Assembly (NCBI GenBank): GCA_045543495.1
Contig: JAZQMO010000015.1
Coordinates: 74,796-138,795, forward strand
Direction: 5' to 3'
Origin: Eubacteriales bacterium
GTDB taxonomy: Bacteria; Bacillota; Clostridia; Oscillospirales; SIG627
DNA: 64,000 nucleotides
Positions 7,897-16,465 of the stretch are shown one piece after another. The translations under genes and the position numbers were made by a program. The notes beneath the pieces were generated by a model. It was not told the origin of the DNA and did no database searches. It worked only from the letters and a program-made list of their open reading frames with translations. Position 1 is the first letter of the stretch. Each line of letters begins with the position of its first letter.

Positions 7897-10401
7897 TTAT
7901 GCATCCAAATTCAGCTTCTTTGCAGCGTCTTCACGCATTTTGTATTTTAAGATCTTTCCGGCTGCATTCATGGGGAAGCTTTTCACAAACTCTACATAAC
8001 GAGGAACCTTGTGGCGTGCCATACTGGCCGCAACGAAGGACTTCATTTCCTCTTCTGTCATCGTTTCCCCATCCTTAAGGATGATGCAAGCCATAATCTC
8101 TTCTCCGTACTGCTTATCGGGAACTCCGATAACCTGCACATCACTGACCTTGGGATTGGTGTAAATAAACTCTTCGATCTCCTTGGGGTAAATATTTTCA
8201 CCGCCACGGATGATCATATCCTTCAGTCTCCCCGTGATCAGATAATTTCCTTCGGGTGTTCTGCAAGCAAGGTCACCGGTGTGAAGCCATCCATCGGCAT
8301 CAATGGTGGAAGCTGTGGCACCGGGCATTTTATAATAGCCCTTCATCAGATTGTAGCCTCTTGCAACAAATTCACCGTTTACACCGTCAGGACAATCCTC
8401 TCCCGTTTCGGGATCAATGATTTTACACTCCACATTGGCAAAAGCGCTTCCAACGGTTTCCGTTCTAACTTCAAGAGAATCGTAGTAGCTACTCATAGTG
8501 CAACCCGGGCTTGCTTCCGTTTGACCGTAAACCGAAACGATCTCCTTCATATTCATAACCTCGGTAGCCTTTTTCATCAAATCAGCGGGACAGTTTGCAC
8601 CTGCCATAATACCGGTACGAATGTGGGAGAAATCCGTTTTTTCAAAATCGGGGTGCTGCATCATAGCAATAAACATAGTAGGAACGCCGTTAAAGGTGGT
8701 AATATGCTCATTATGTACGCAGGCCAAAGCAGGCTTGGGAGAAAAATAAGGCAAGGGACACATAGTAGCACCGTGAGTCATAGCCGCGGTCATAGAAAGA
8801 ACCATACCGAAGCAGTGGAACATAGGCACCTGGATCATCATACGGTCAGCCGTGGAAAGATCCATATGGTCGCCGATATATTTACCGTTGTTGACTACAT
8901 TGTAATGAGTCAGCATAACACCCTTGGGAAAGCCTGTGGTGCCCGAGGTATACTGCATATTGCAAACATCGTCCTTATGAACGGCGGCAGCCATTCTGCG
9001 CACCTCTTCAAGAGGCGTTTGGGAGGCTCTTTCCAAAGCCTGATTCCATGTCATACAGCCCTTCTGACGAAAGCCAACCGTAATAACATTGCGAAGGAAG
9101 GGCAAACGCTTGGTATGAAGAGGCTCTCCTGCCTTGAGAGTTTCCAGCTCAGGACAGAGCTCGGCAATGATCTTACCGTAGTGAGTGTCTTTTGCTCCTT
9201 CAGTCATGATCAGGGTGTGAGTATCTGACTGACGGAGCAGATACTCTGCTTCGTGAATCTTGTATGCGGTATTCACCGTTACAAGCACCGCCCCGAGTTT
9301 TACCGTTGCCCAGAAGGCGATAAACCACTGGGGTACATTGGATGCCCAAACCGCAACATGAGTACCCGCTTTAACACCGAGATCAATCAATGCGCGAGCG
9401 AAGGTATCTACATCGTCACGAAATTCCTCATAGGTTCTGGTATAGTCAAGTGTTGTATATTTGAAGGCATACTGATCAGGAAATTCTTCCACCATACGGT
9501 CCAATACATCCGAGAAGGTGGCATCGATCAAAAGATCCTTTTTCCAAACAAACTGCCCTGTGTGTGCTCTGTTATAATAGAGATTTTTCTGTCCTCGCGA
9601 GGTATCGCCAAACTGCTTCATAAAGCCGACAAACTGGGCAAAGATGATCTCCATATCGTCCAGCTCCTCGCACCAAACGGGATCCCAGACCAAAGATACA
9701 TAGCCATCAAAATTCACAGAGCGAAGGGCAAGCATCATTTCCGAAATGGGAAGCTCCCCTTCCCCTGCCAGACAATACTCGATCTGATCGCCCATTTTTT
9801 TGGCGTCGATAAGCTGTACATGGCGAACATAAGCGCCCAGGTTCTTAATGACCTCTTCCGCACTTTCTCCAAAGCCAAAATACGCGGCAGACATATTCCA
9901 AAGAGCGGCAACATGATCGCTGGCAAAGCGCTCCAAAAGGTCTCTCAGAAGCTTGGTGTCACAGAAGGGGCCGTTTGTCTCGATCAAAAAGCTTACGCCC
10001 TGTTTTTCCGCAACGGGTAAAAACTCTGAAAGAAGATTAAAAATGTGATCGCAGACCGATTCCTTATCGCTTTGGTCATACGCTCTCAAACGGATACAGG
10101 GAATGTGCAGATTGGCACAGAATTCAAGACAGCTTTTGATCTCAATCTTCATTTGCTCGGCTTGAGAAACATTTCCCAGATCGCAAATGGTATCAATGCA
10201 GGGGATCTCAAGCTTCTTTTCATACAAACGGCGAAGGGTTGCAGCAGCGGCATAATCGTGAAAAGCGCCGTCCTTATCCGTAAACAGGCGGTTATAAATG
10301 TTGTGAAGCTCAATTCCTTGGAACCGCAAATCTTCGGCAATATTACAAAAATCTTCGAAGGTACTGTCATGCCAGCCCTTTGTGGAAAATGAAAGCTTCA
10401 T
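7897..10401 (-). CDS. Fusion protein: N-terminal xylose-isomerase-like TIM barrel (sugar-phosphate isomerase/epimerase superfamily) plus C-terminal AMP-forming acyl-CoA ligase
   Basis: 834 aa. Residues about 1-275 (MKLSFSTKGWHDSTFEDFCNIAEDLRFQGIELHN...) resemble AP_endonuc_2/xylose-isomerase-like TIM barrels. Residues about 290-834 carry the adenylate-forming motifs YTSGTTGFPKGVMLTH, GYGQTE-like VYGQTEAS, WLHTGD and GKILK. Confidence 0.8.
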   Translation of the reverse strand: MKLSFSTKGWHDSTFEDFCNIAEDLRFQGIELHNIYNRLFTDKDGAFHDYAAAATLRRLYEKKLEIPCIDTICDLGNVSQAEQMKIEIKSCLEFCANLHIPCIRLRAYDQSDKESVCDHIFNLLSEFLPVAEKQGVSFLIETNGPFCDTKLLRDLLERFASDHVAALWNMSAAYFGFGESAEEVIKNLGAYVRHVQLIDAKKMGDQIEYCLAGEGELPISEMMLALRSVNFDGYVSLVWDPVWCEELDDMEIIFAQFVGFMKQFGDTSRGQKNLYYNRAHTGQFVWKKDLLIDATFSDVLDRMVEEFPDQYAFKYTTLDYTRTYEEFRDDVDTFARALIDLGVKAGTHVAVWASNVPQWFIAFWATVKLGAVLVTVNTAYKIHEAEYLLRQSDTHTLIMTEGAKDTHYGKIIAELCPELETLKAGEPLHTKRLPFLRNVITVGFRQKGCMTWNQALERASQTPLEEVRRMAAAVHKDDVCNMQYTSGTTGFPKGVMLTHYNVVNNGKYIGDHMDLSTADRMMIQVPMFHCFGMVLSMTAAMTHGATMCPLPYFSPKPALACVHNEHITTFNGVPTMFIAMMQHPDFEKTDFSHIRTGIMAGANCPADLMKKATEVMNMKEIVSVYGQTEASPGCTMSSYYDSLEVRTETVGSAFANVECKIIDPETGEDCPDGVNGEFVARGYNLMKGYYKMPGATASTIDADGWLHTGDLACRTPEGNYLITGRLKDMIIRGGENIYPKEIEEFIYTNPKVSDVQVIGVPDKQYGEEIMACIILKDGETMTEEEMKSFVAASMARHKVPRYVEFVKSFPMNAAGKILKYKMREDAAKKLNLDA

Positions 10402-10403
10402 CC

Positions 10404-11783
10404 TTATACCTCCTCATAAATAATCTTATTCACAGCATTCAAATAGGCACGGATTCCTGCCCCGATAATATCGGTAGACAAGCCATTACCGGAATAAAGC
10501 TTGCCACCTGCTCTCAGTTTCACCAATGCAGAGCCCATTGCTTCTTTTCCTTCGGTAACAGACTGAATTTGGAAATCATCCAATTCATAGTGATAACCGA
10601 TGATCTGATCAATGGCACGGAAGGCGGCATCCACGGGACCGTCACCGATGCAAATCCCCTGAATGACCTCGTCCCCCTTCAAAAGGGAGATCTGAGCACT
10701 GGAGGAAATGATATTACCGTTATTGATCACATAGCTCTGAAGCTTATAGGTAGCGGGAACCTGCAAGGCAACACTTGCCACCATAGCATCCAATTCCTTA
10801 CTGCCGACACGCTTCTTTTGTGCAACGCGCAAGAATTCCTCGTAGACTCTTTTCTGATCCTCCTCAGACAGATCATATCCAAGCTTTGCAACTGCAACGT
10901 TTACGGCACTCTGATCGTCATTCTGATCCAAATAAATGGATTGGTCTTCCCCACCGCCCACAGTCATAGCGGATTTTTCATTTTTTACATTGGTGGTGAC
11001 CCAGCGGATCTGCTTCACAATACGGCTGAGCTCCGTGTAGCGAAGGCCAAAGGAAAAGCCGTTCTTTTCCCCACAGTTTTTGATGAGAAGCGCAAAGGTT
11101 TCCAAGGGAGTAACAGAGCAGTTTACATCGGTCTTGACAACGGTTGCACCGCTCTTTGCAGCCAAAATTGAGCCTGCAGCGGCAAGTCCGTTTTTATTAT
11201 CGCAGCGTACTCCGACAGGTACGGAAATATCAGAAGAAATTTCAGAAATGAAACCGGCGAAAGCATCGGGAAGCAGTTCTGCGGCAGAATCACAAAGAGA
11301 AACCTGAGTTGCTCCTGCCTCTACTGCGATCCCAATGATCTTTTTCAGAAAATCGCTTTCAGCACGGGTCGCATCCACGGCACAAAATTCAACCATCTGC
11401 ACCTTTTCTTTGGCGGCTTGGATCAGTGTCTTCACCCACTCCAGCATCTTATCAGGCTTTTTATGGGCAGAATATTCCATTCCAACGGGAGAAACGGGCA
11501 ATTCAACACGAATCATACCGTTTTCATTTCCTGCCAGTGCCGCAAGAGCATTTTCAAGACTTGAAAGATCCGAGCCACAGGCCACGGATAAAATACTGTT
11601 TTTCACAAAGGAAGAGCAGGTGCGAACAAACAAGCAATCTGCACGTACATTTTTAATTTCGGGAAGCTCGATCACATCAACTCTTAGTTTTTCAAGCTGA
11701 CGGGCAATTTCAAGCTTTTCCTTAAAACCAAAAACCTCATCCTCCGTGCAAAGCGTCGTGTCTGCAATTTTGATCTGCATCAT
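10404..11783 (-). CDS. 2-isopropylmalate synthase-like protein with degenerate active site and conserved C-terminal LeuA regulatory/dimerisation domain
   Basis: 459 aa. The HMGL-like barrel aligns to LeuA, but the catalytic motifs are replaced: DTTLRDGEQ becomes DTTLCTEDE, HxH(D/N)DLG becomes RCDNKNG, and GERAGN is absent. The C-terminus (GDGPVDAAFRAID...VKLRAGGKLYSGNGLSTDIIGAGIRAYLNAVNK) is a well-conserved LeuA_dimer-type domain. Confidence 0.75.
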   Translation of the reverse strand: MMQIKIADTTLCTEDEVFGFKEKLEIARQLEKLRVDVIELPEIKNVRADCLFVRTCSSFVKNSILSVACGSDLSSLENALAALAGNENGMIRVELPVSPVGMEYSAHKKPDKMLEWVKTLIQAAKEKVQMVEFCAVDATRAESDFLKKIIGIAVEAGATQVSLCDSAAELLPDAFAGFISEISSDISVPVGVRCDNKNGLAAAGSILAAKSGATVVKTDVNCSVTPLETFALLIKNCGEKNGFSFGLRYTELSRIVKQIRWVTTNVKNEKSAMTVGGGEDQSIYLDQNDDQSAVNVAVAKLGYDLSEEDQKRVYEEFLRVAQKKRVGSKELDAMVASVALQVPATYKLQSYVINNGNIISSSAQISLLKGDEVIQGICIGDGPVDAAFRAIDQIIGYHYELDDFQIQSVTEGKEAMGSALVKLRAGGKLYSGNGLSTDIIGAGIRAYLNAVNKIIYEEV

Positions 11784-11800
11784 AATTCTTCTCCTTTTCG

Positions 11801-12060
11801 AAAAAATAAAAAGTCCCTGAGGATAAACCTCAGGGACGAAACAATCCGCGGTACCACCCTGATTACCGCAACATGTGCGGTCATCTCAAGAGTTCTAACA
11901 AACTCATCACCATGATAACGGGGCTCGCCGTAGATGCTTACTGAATTTGGGCACCTCTGCTCCGGAATGAGACTTTGTTTGATCTACCTATTGTCTCGCA
12001 CCAAACGACAACTCTCTGCAAGGGATTTCACAAACAAATAATTCCTTCTCTGCATTTGAT
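11801..12060 (-). promoter_or_regulatory. T-box riboswitch leader, specifier read as CUC (Leu)
   Basis: Minus-strand RNA carries a Stem I AGAGAG bulge, a distal-loop TGGTGCGA, the T-box sequence AATCAGGGTGGTACCGCG (11847-11864) and the terminator gtccctgagg...cctcagggac plus a U-run (11801-11837). The specifier-loop context is ...aaaguCUCAuucc-ggagca, with the codon at 11969-11971. Confidence 0.85.
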
Positions 12061-12066
12061 TTTGGG

Positions 12067-12096
12067 ATTATAACACAAAACGTATGGATTTGTCAA
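12067..12096 (-). promoter_or_regulatory. Promoter driving the Leu T-box leader
   Basis: Minus strand: TTGACA (12091-12096), 18-nt spacer, extended -10 TGtTATAAT (TATAAT at 12067-12072). It lies directly after the oxidoreductase gamma-subunit stop. Confidence 0.7.
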
Positions 12097-12113
12097 CTGT
12101 TTTGCAAAACTTT

Positions 12114-12647
12114 TTAATAATTTGCACCCAGCTTCATGGCCTTCATATTGACCTCGATCATGTCGATCTTCTTGGGAGGGATGACCTTGTTCAGGGTCTT
12201 TACAACCAACTCCTCGTCAAACTCGCCGAGAACAGCAAGGATCTTACCCACCAGAATCATATTGGCAAGGTTGCCAAATCCGTTTTCACCTGCAAGCTTC
12301 GTTGCAGGCACATAATAAACCTGAACATCCTGGCGGTTGACCTTGCGTTCCACCAGAGAAGAGTCAACAAAGATCACGCCGCCGGGAGCAACGCTCTCTT
12401 CAAACTTATCCAAGGAGGGCAGGTTCATCGCCACGAGAATATCGGGCTTTGATACAATGGGAGAACCAACGGGTTCATCACTCACGATAACACTGCAGCT
12501 TGCAGTACCGCCACGCATTTCGGGGCCGTAGGAAGGAAGCCAGCTAACCTCTTTATCCTCAATCAATCCTTTGTAGGCAAGCATTTTGCCGGCAAACAGG
12601 ATACCCTGACCACCGAAACCGGAAAGAAGAATCTGTTTGGTACTCAT
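12114..12647 (-). CDS. 2-oxoacid:ferredoxin oxidoreductase, gamma subunit
   Basis: 177 aa. Contains [17 protein letters not shown], typical of OFOR gamma subunits. Overlaps the beta subunit by 4 nt. Confidence 0.85.
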   Translation of the reverse strand: MSTKQILLSGFGGQGILFAGKMLAYKGLIEDKEVSWLPSYGPEMRGGTASCSVIVSDEPVGSPIVSKPDILVAMNLPSLDKFEESVAPGGVIFVDSSLVERKVNRQDVQVYYVPATKLAGENGFGNLANMILVGKILAVLGEFDEELVVKTLNKVIPPKKIDMIEVNMKAMKLGANY

Positions 12648-13399
12648 TTTGTCTCCTCCTTTGCACTGCGATCCTTATAAACGCCTAAGGGATAATAAGG
12701 AATCATTTTTTCGTCGATCCATTCCAAGGCCTTCTGAGGTGTCATACCCCAGTTGGTGGGACAGGAGGACAGAACTTCGATCAAAGAGAAGCCCTTCTTA
12801 TCAAGCTGATTCTGGAAAGCCTTTTTAATGGCCTTCTTAGCATTCTTAATATTCTTTACATTGTTTACTGTGACACGCTCCAAATATTCGGGGCCATCCA
12901 GCTGAGAAAGCATTTCGCAAACCTTGATGGGGAATCCGCAAGCATTGGTATCTCTGCCGTAGGGAGAGGTTTGGGTCACCTGTCCGGGGAGAGAGGTAGG
13001 AGCCATCTGACCGCCGGTCATACCGTAAATTGCATTGTTGATAAAGATAATGGTGATATTTTCATTTCTGGCGGCAGCGTGAACTGTTTCAGCCATACCA
13101 ATAGAGGCAAGGTCGCCGTCTCCCTGATAAGTAAACACCACGTGGTTTTCGGGATCACTTCTCTTGACACCGGTGGCCACAGCGGGTGCTCTGCCGTGGG
13201 CAGCCTCGATCATATCGCAATTAAAGTAATTATATGCCATAACGGAGCATCCGACGGGTGCAACACCGATCGTGCGTCCTTCAATGCCGAGTTCGTCAAT
13301 AACCTCGGCCACCAAACGGTGAACGATACCGTGGGTACAGCCGGGGCAATAGTGCAAAGCAACATCAGCCATTGCTTTGGGTTTTTCAAATACTACCAT
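12644..13399 (-). CDS. 2-oxoacid:ferredoxin oxidoreductase, beta (TPP-binding) subunit
   Basis: 251 aa. Contains YCPGCTHGI and the GDGDLASIG...NNAIYGMTGGQ TPP motif. Confidence 0.9.
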   Translation of the reverse strand: MVVFEKPKAMADVALHYCPGCTHGIVHRLVAEVIDELGIEGRTIGVAPVGCSVMAYNYFNCDMIEAAHGRAPAVATGVKRSDPENHVVFTYQGDGDLASIGMAETVHAAARNENITIIFINNAIYGMTGGQMAPTSLPGQVTQTSPYGRDTNACGFPIKVCEMLSQLDGPEYLERVTVNNVKNIKNAKKAIKKAFQNQLDKKGFSLIEVLSSCPTNWGMTPQKALEWIDEKMIPYYPLGVYKDRSAKEETK

Positions 13400-13409
13400 A
13401 TTTCACACC

Positions 13410-14471
13410 TCACTTTTGTGCATCCAAAATTGCCTGCAGAACCTGCTCGGGAGACGGGATCATACCGCCGACACGGTTGCAGAGAGTAACGGGAACCTTA
13501 CAATTGGAAGCAAGTCTGACATCTTCAATCATCTGACCCATGCTGAGCTCAACGGAAATGATCTCTTTTACGTGCTCAGCAGCCTTCTCGAAGGGAGCCT
13601 TGGGGAAAGGCCAAAGAGTAATGGGACGGATGAGACCAACCTTGATCCCCTGCTTTCTGGCTTCGTTGATCGCATTCTTGGAAACACGGGCAGCAATACC
13701 GAAAGCGGCAACGCAGATCTCTGCATCATCCATCATATACTCTTCATAAAGAGTTTCCTTCTCTTCAATGGTCTTATATCTTTCGTATCTTTTGAAGTTT
13801 TCTCTCTCAAGGGCATCGGGCTCCAGGAAAAGAGAGTTCACGATGTTATGCTCGCGCTCCAATTTGGTACCGGTGGTAGCCCAAGGCTTTTCGGGAGAAG
13901 GCTTAACATCAAAATCAAGGCTGACAGGCTCCATCATCTGACCCATGGTACCGTCTGCCAGGATCATGGCAGTCATACGGTAGGTATCAGCAAGCTCAAA
14001 TCCGCGAACGGTAAGCTCGGCCATTTCCTGCACGGAGCTGGGTGCCAAAACGATCATACGGAAGTCACCGTGACCGCCGCCCTTGGTGGCCTGAAAATAA
14101 TCGGACTGGCTGGGCTGAATACCGCCGAGACCGGGGCCGCCACGCTGAACGTTCACAACCAGTGCGGGCAGATCAGCACCTGCGAGATAGGAAAGACCCT
14201 CGCTCTTAAGAGAAATTCCGGGGCTTGAGGAAGAGGTCATAACTCTCTTTCCGGTAGAGGAAACGCCGTAAACCATATTGATGGCGGCAATTTCACTTTC
14301 CGCCTGCAGGAAGGTACCGCCGATCTTAGGCATTTTCTTTGCCATATAAGCAGCAACCTCAGTCTGAGGAGTAATGGGATAACCGAAGTAATGACGGCAG
14401 CCTGCCACGATGGCGGCCTCCGCAATGGCTTCGTTTCCTTTCATCATAATCTTTTCTGCCATTTTATTCAC
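13410..14471 (-). CDS. 2-oxoacid:ferredoxin oxidoreductase, alpha subunit (VorB/KorA-like)
   Basis: 353 aa. Contains KGNEAIAEAAIVAGCRHYFGYPITPQTE, QAESEIAAINM, RGGPGLGGIQPSQSDY and GGGHGDF. From memory, this pattern is often annotated as VorB-type. Substrate cannot be read from the sequence. Confidence 0.85.
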   Translation of the reverse strand: MNKMAEKIMMKGNEAIAEAAIVAGCRHYFGYPITPQTEVAAYMAKKMPKIGGTFLQAESEIAAINMVYGVSSTGKRVMTSSSSPGISLKSEGLSYLAGADLPALVVNVQRGGPGLGGIQPSQSDYFQATKGGGHGDFRMIVLAPSSVQEMAELTVRGFELADTYRMTAMILADGTMGQMMEPVSLDFDVKPSPEKPWATTGTKLEREHNIVNSLFLEPDALERENFKRYERYKTIEEKETLYEEYMMDDAEICVAAFGIAARVSKNAINEARKQGIKVGLIRPITLWPFPKAPFEKAAEHVKEIISVELSMGQMIEDVRLASNCKVPVTLCNRVGGMIPSPEQVLQAILDAQK

Positions 14472-14674
14472 CTCTCTACCTTAATTACACAGTCGGGACA
14501 CATCATTGCACAGAAGGCACACCCGACACAAAGAGATTGATCTGTAATTTCTGCGGGATGATGGCCCTTCATATTGATCTTGTCAGAAGCAAGACGGATC
14601 AACTTTTTGGGACAGGCATTGACACAAAGCCCGCAACCTTTACAAAAATCGGTTCGAAACGTAAGTTTTGCCAT
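14468..14674 (-). CDS. 2-oxoacid:ferredoxin oxidoreductase, delta subunit (2x[4Fe-4S] ferredoxin-like)
   Basis: 68 aa with two CxxCxxCxxxCP motifs (CKGCGLCVNACP and CVGCAFCAMMCP). Overlaps the alpha-subunit start. Confidence 0.85.
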   Translation of the reverse strand: MAKLTFRTDFCKGCGLCVNACPKKLIRLASDKINMKGHHPAEITDQSLCVGCAFCAMMCPDCVIKVER

Positions 14675-14716
14675 AGAAACTTCTCCTTTAACTATGAATT
14701 TCTATATTGATTGTTC

Positions 14717-15373
14717 TTAATAGTACTTTTTTTGCAGTGCCAGCGGAAATAGAGGCCGGATGGATGGAAGAAGCTCATCAAACAACTCCTCCTTCACGGT
14801 GGTAAAGCAAAGGGGCAATCCTGAAAGCTGAGAAAACTCTTTTGCCTTCTCAAGGGTGGCTAAAACATCCTCTGCCGTGGTTTCTTCCCCAAGGTTAGAA
14901 TTGTTCACAATTCCCGTAAAGCGAATCCCGGAGGCAATTTCCATTTCCCGCATCACCTCTAAAAGGGATTGGGAATCTCGGGTGAGAGGCCTATAAAAAT
15001 TCACCACCAAAAGCATTTCATAAGAGTTTTCCTTCAATAGCTCAGGGGTCAATCTTCCGAGCGCCAAGGCTCCTCGGTCATCACCGCCAATATCGAGAAT
15101 AAAGCTTGTTTCCTTATCGTCAACAACGCAGTACATATCCTGCGGAAGAGACGGAATGTCCACATTGGTATTGGCATATTCCGAGGAAATGAGACGGATT
15201 CCCGCTTCTTTCAATTCTTGTGCACTGTCCTTGGTACGGAAATAAGGATTGACAATATCAAGATCCGCAATCGCAACCTCTTTTTCTTTCTTCAAATGAA
15301 AAGCAAGATTGATTGCAACATTGGTCTTGCCGCTGCCGTAATGACCCGCAAGGATCACAACTCTTTTAGCCAT
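14717..15373 (-). CDS. P-loop NTPase (SIMIBI class, MinD/Mrp/CooC-like), function unknown
   Basis: 218 aa. Has an N-terminal Walker A (VVILAGHYGSGKTNVAINLA) and a Walker-B-like ILDIGGDD. Overlaps the ilvE stop by 8 nt. Confidence 0.6.
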   Translation of the reverse strand: MAKRVVILAGHYGSGKTNVAINLAFHLKKEKEVAIADLDIVNPYFRTKDSAQELKEAGIRLISSEYANTNVDIPSLPQDMYCVVDDKETSFILDIGGDDRGALALGRLTPELLKENSYEMLLVVNFYRPLTRDSQSLLEVMREMEIASGIRFTGIVNNSNLGEETTAEDVLATLEKAKEFSQLSGLPLCFTTVKEELFDELLPSIRPLFPLALQKKYY

Positions 15374-16445
15374 TGCAAACCTTTACACACCAAGCGTGGG
15401 TATCCTCAATCTTACCCCACTGAATACCGGTGAGCTGATCGTAAAGCTTTTGGGTCAATTCGCCGATCTTGTTGTCACAAACAACATATTCATTTCCCTT
15501 GTAGAAAAGCTGACCGATGGGGGAAACAACGGCGGCGGTGCCGGTACCCCAAGCCTCTTCCAGCTTGCCGTTTGCAGCAGCCTCAAAAAGCTCATCCACG
15601 CTGATCAGTCTCTCTTCTACGGTGTATCCCCATTCCTTGAGAAGCTCAACACAGCTCTTTCTGGTAATACCGGGAAGAACGGAGCCGGTCAACTCGGGAG
15701 TGATGATCTTGCCGTCGATCTTGAACATAACGTTCATCGCACCGACTTCTTCAATATACTTTCTTTCCACACCGTCAAGCCAAAGCACCTGAGTATAGCC
15801 GTTTTTCTCGGCTCCCTCCCCTGCTCTGAGGGTTGCGGCATAGTTACCGCCGCACTTGGCATAACCGGTACCGCCACGAACCGCACGAACATCCTGAGAC
15901 TCAATGGCGATCTTAACGGGGTTAATACCCTCGGCATAGTAAGCACCGACGGGAGAACAGATGATAGCAAAAGTTGCATTCTTTACGGCGTGAACTCCGA
16001 GGTGAGGATCGTTACCGTAAAGGAAAGGACGGATGTAGAGGCTTGTGCCATCGGAATGAGGCACCCAATCCTTTTCCAGTTCAACCAAAGTCTTGAGAAT
16101 ATCAAGGCAACCCTCCTCATCCAAAAGAGGCAGGCAGAGACGCTCGGCACTGTTGTTCAATCTCTTGATATTTTCCATGGGGCGGAACAGCTTAATGGAG
16201 CCGTCCTTGGTGCGATATGCCTTCATACCTTCAAAGATCTCTACGCCGTAGTGCAGAACAGTGGCAGCGGGATGAAGGGGAATCGGACCGAAGGGAACGA
16301 TTCTGGCATCATGCCAGCCCTCTTCCACACTGTAATCCATCAAGAACATATGATCGGTAAAGATCTTGCCGAATCCAAGCTTGGACTCATCAGCGGGCTT
16401 TGCCTTCAAAGAGGCAGTTTTTTCAATGGAAATGGAATACTTCAT
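15366..16445 (-). CDS. ilvE: Branched-chain amino acid aminotransferase
   Basis: 359 aa class-IV aminotransferase. Contains FGKIFTDHMF, YGVEIFEGMKAYR, GGTGYAKCGGNYA and TGTAAVVSPIG. Confidence 0.9.
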   Translation of the reverse strand: MKYSISIEKTASLKAKPADESKLGFGKIFTDHMFLMDYSVEEGWHDARIVPFGPIPLHPAATVLHYGVEIFEGMKAYRTKDGSIKLFRPMENIKRLNNSAERLCLPLLDEEGCLDILKTLVELEKDWVPHSDGTSLYIRPFLYGNDPHLGVHAVKNATFAIICSPVGAYYAEGINPVKIAIESQDVRAVRGGTGYAKCGGNYAATLRAGEGAEKNGYTQVLWLDGVERKYIEEVGAMNVMFKIDGKIITPELTGSVLPGITRKSCVELLKEWGYTVEERLISVDELFEAAANGKLEEAWGTGTAAVVSPIGQLFYKGNEYVVCDNKIGELTQKLYDQLTGIQWGKIEDTHAWCVKVCNG

Positions 16446-16465
16446 AACTCTTCTCCTTTTTTATA

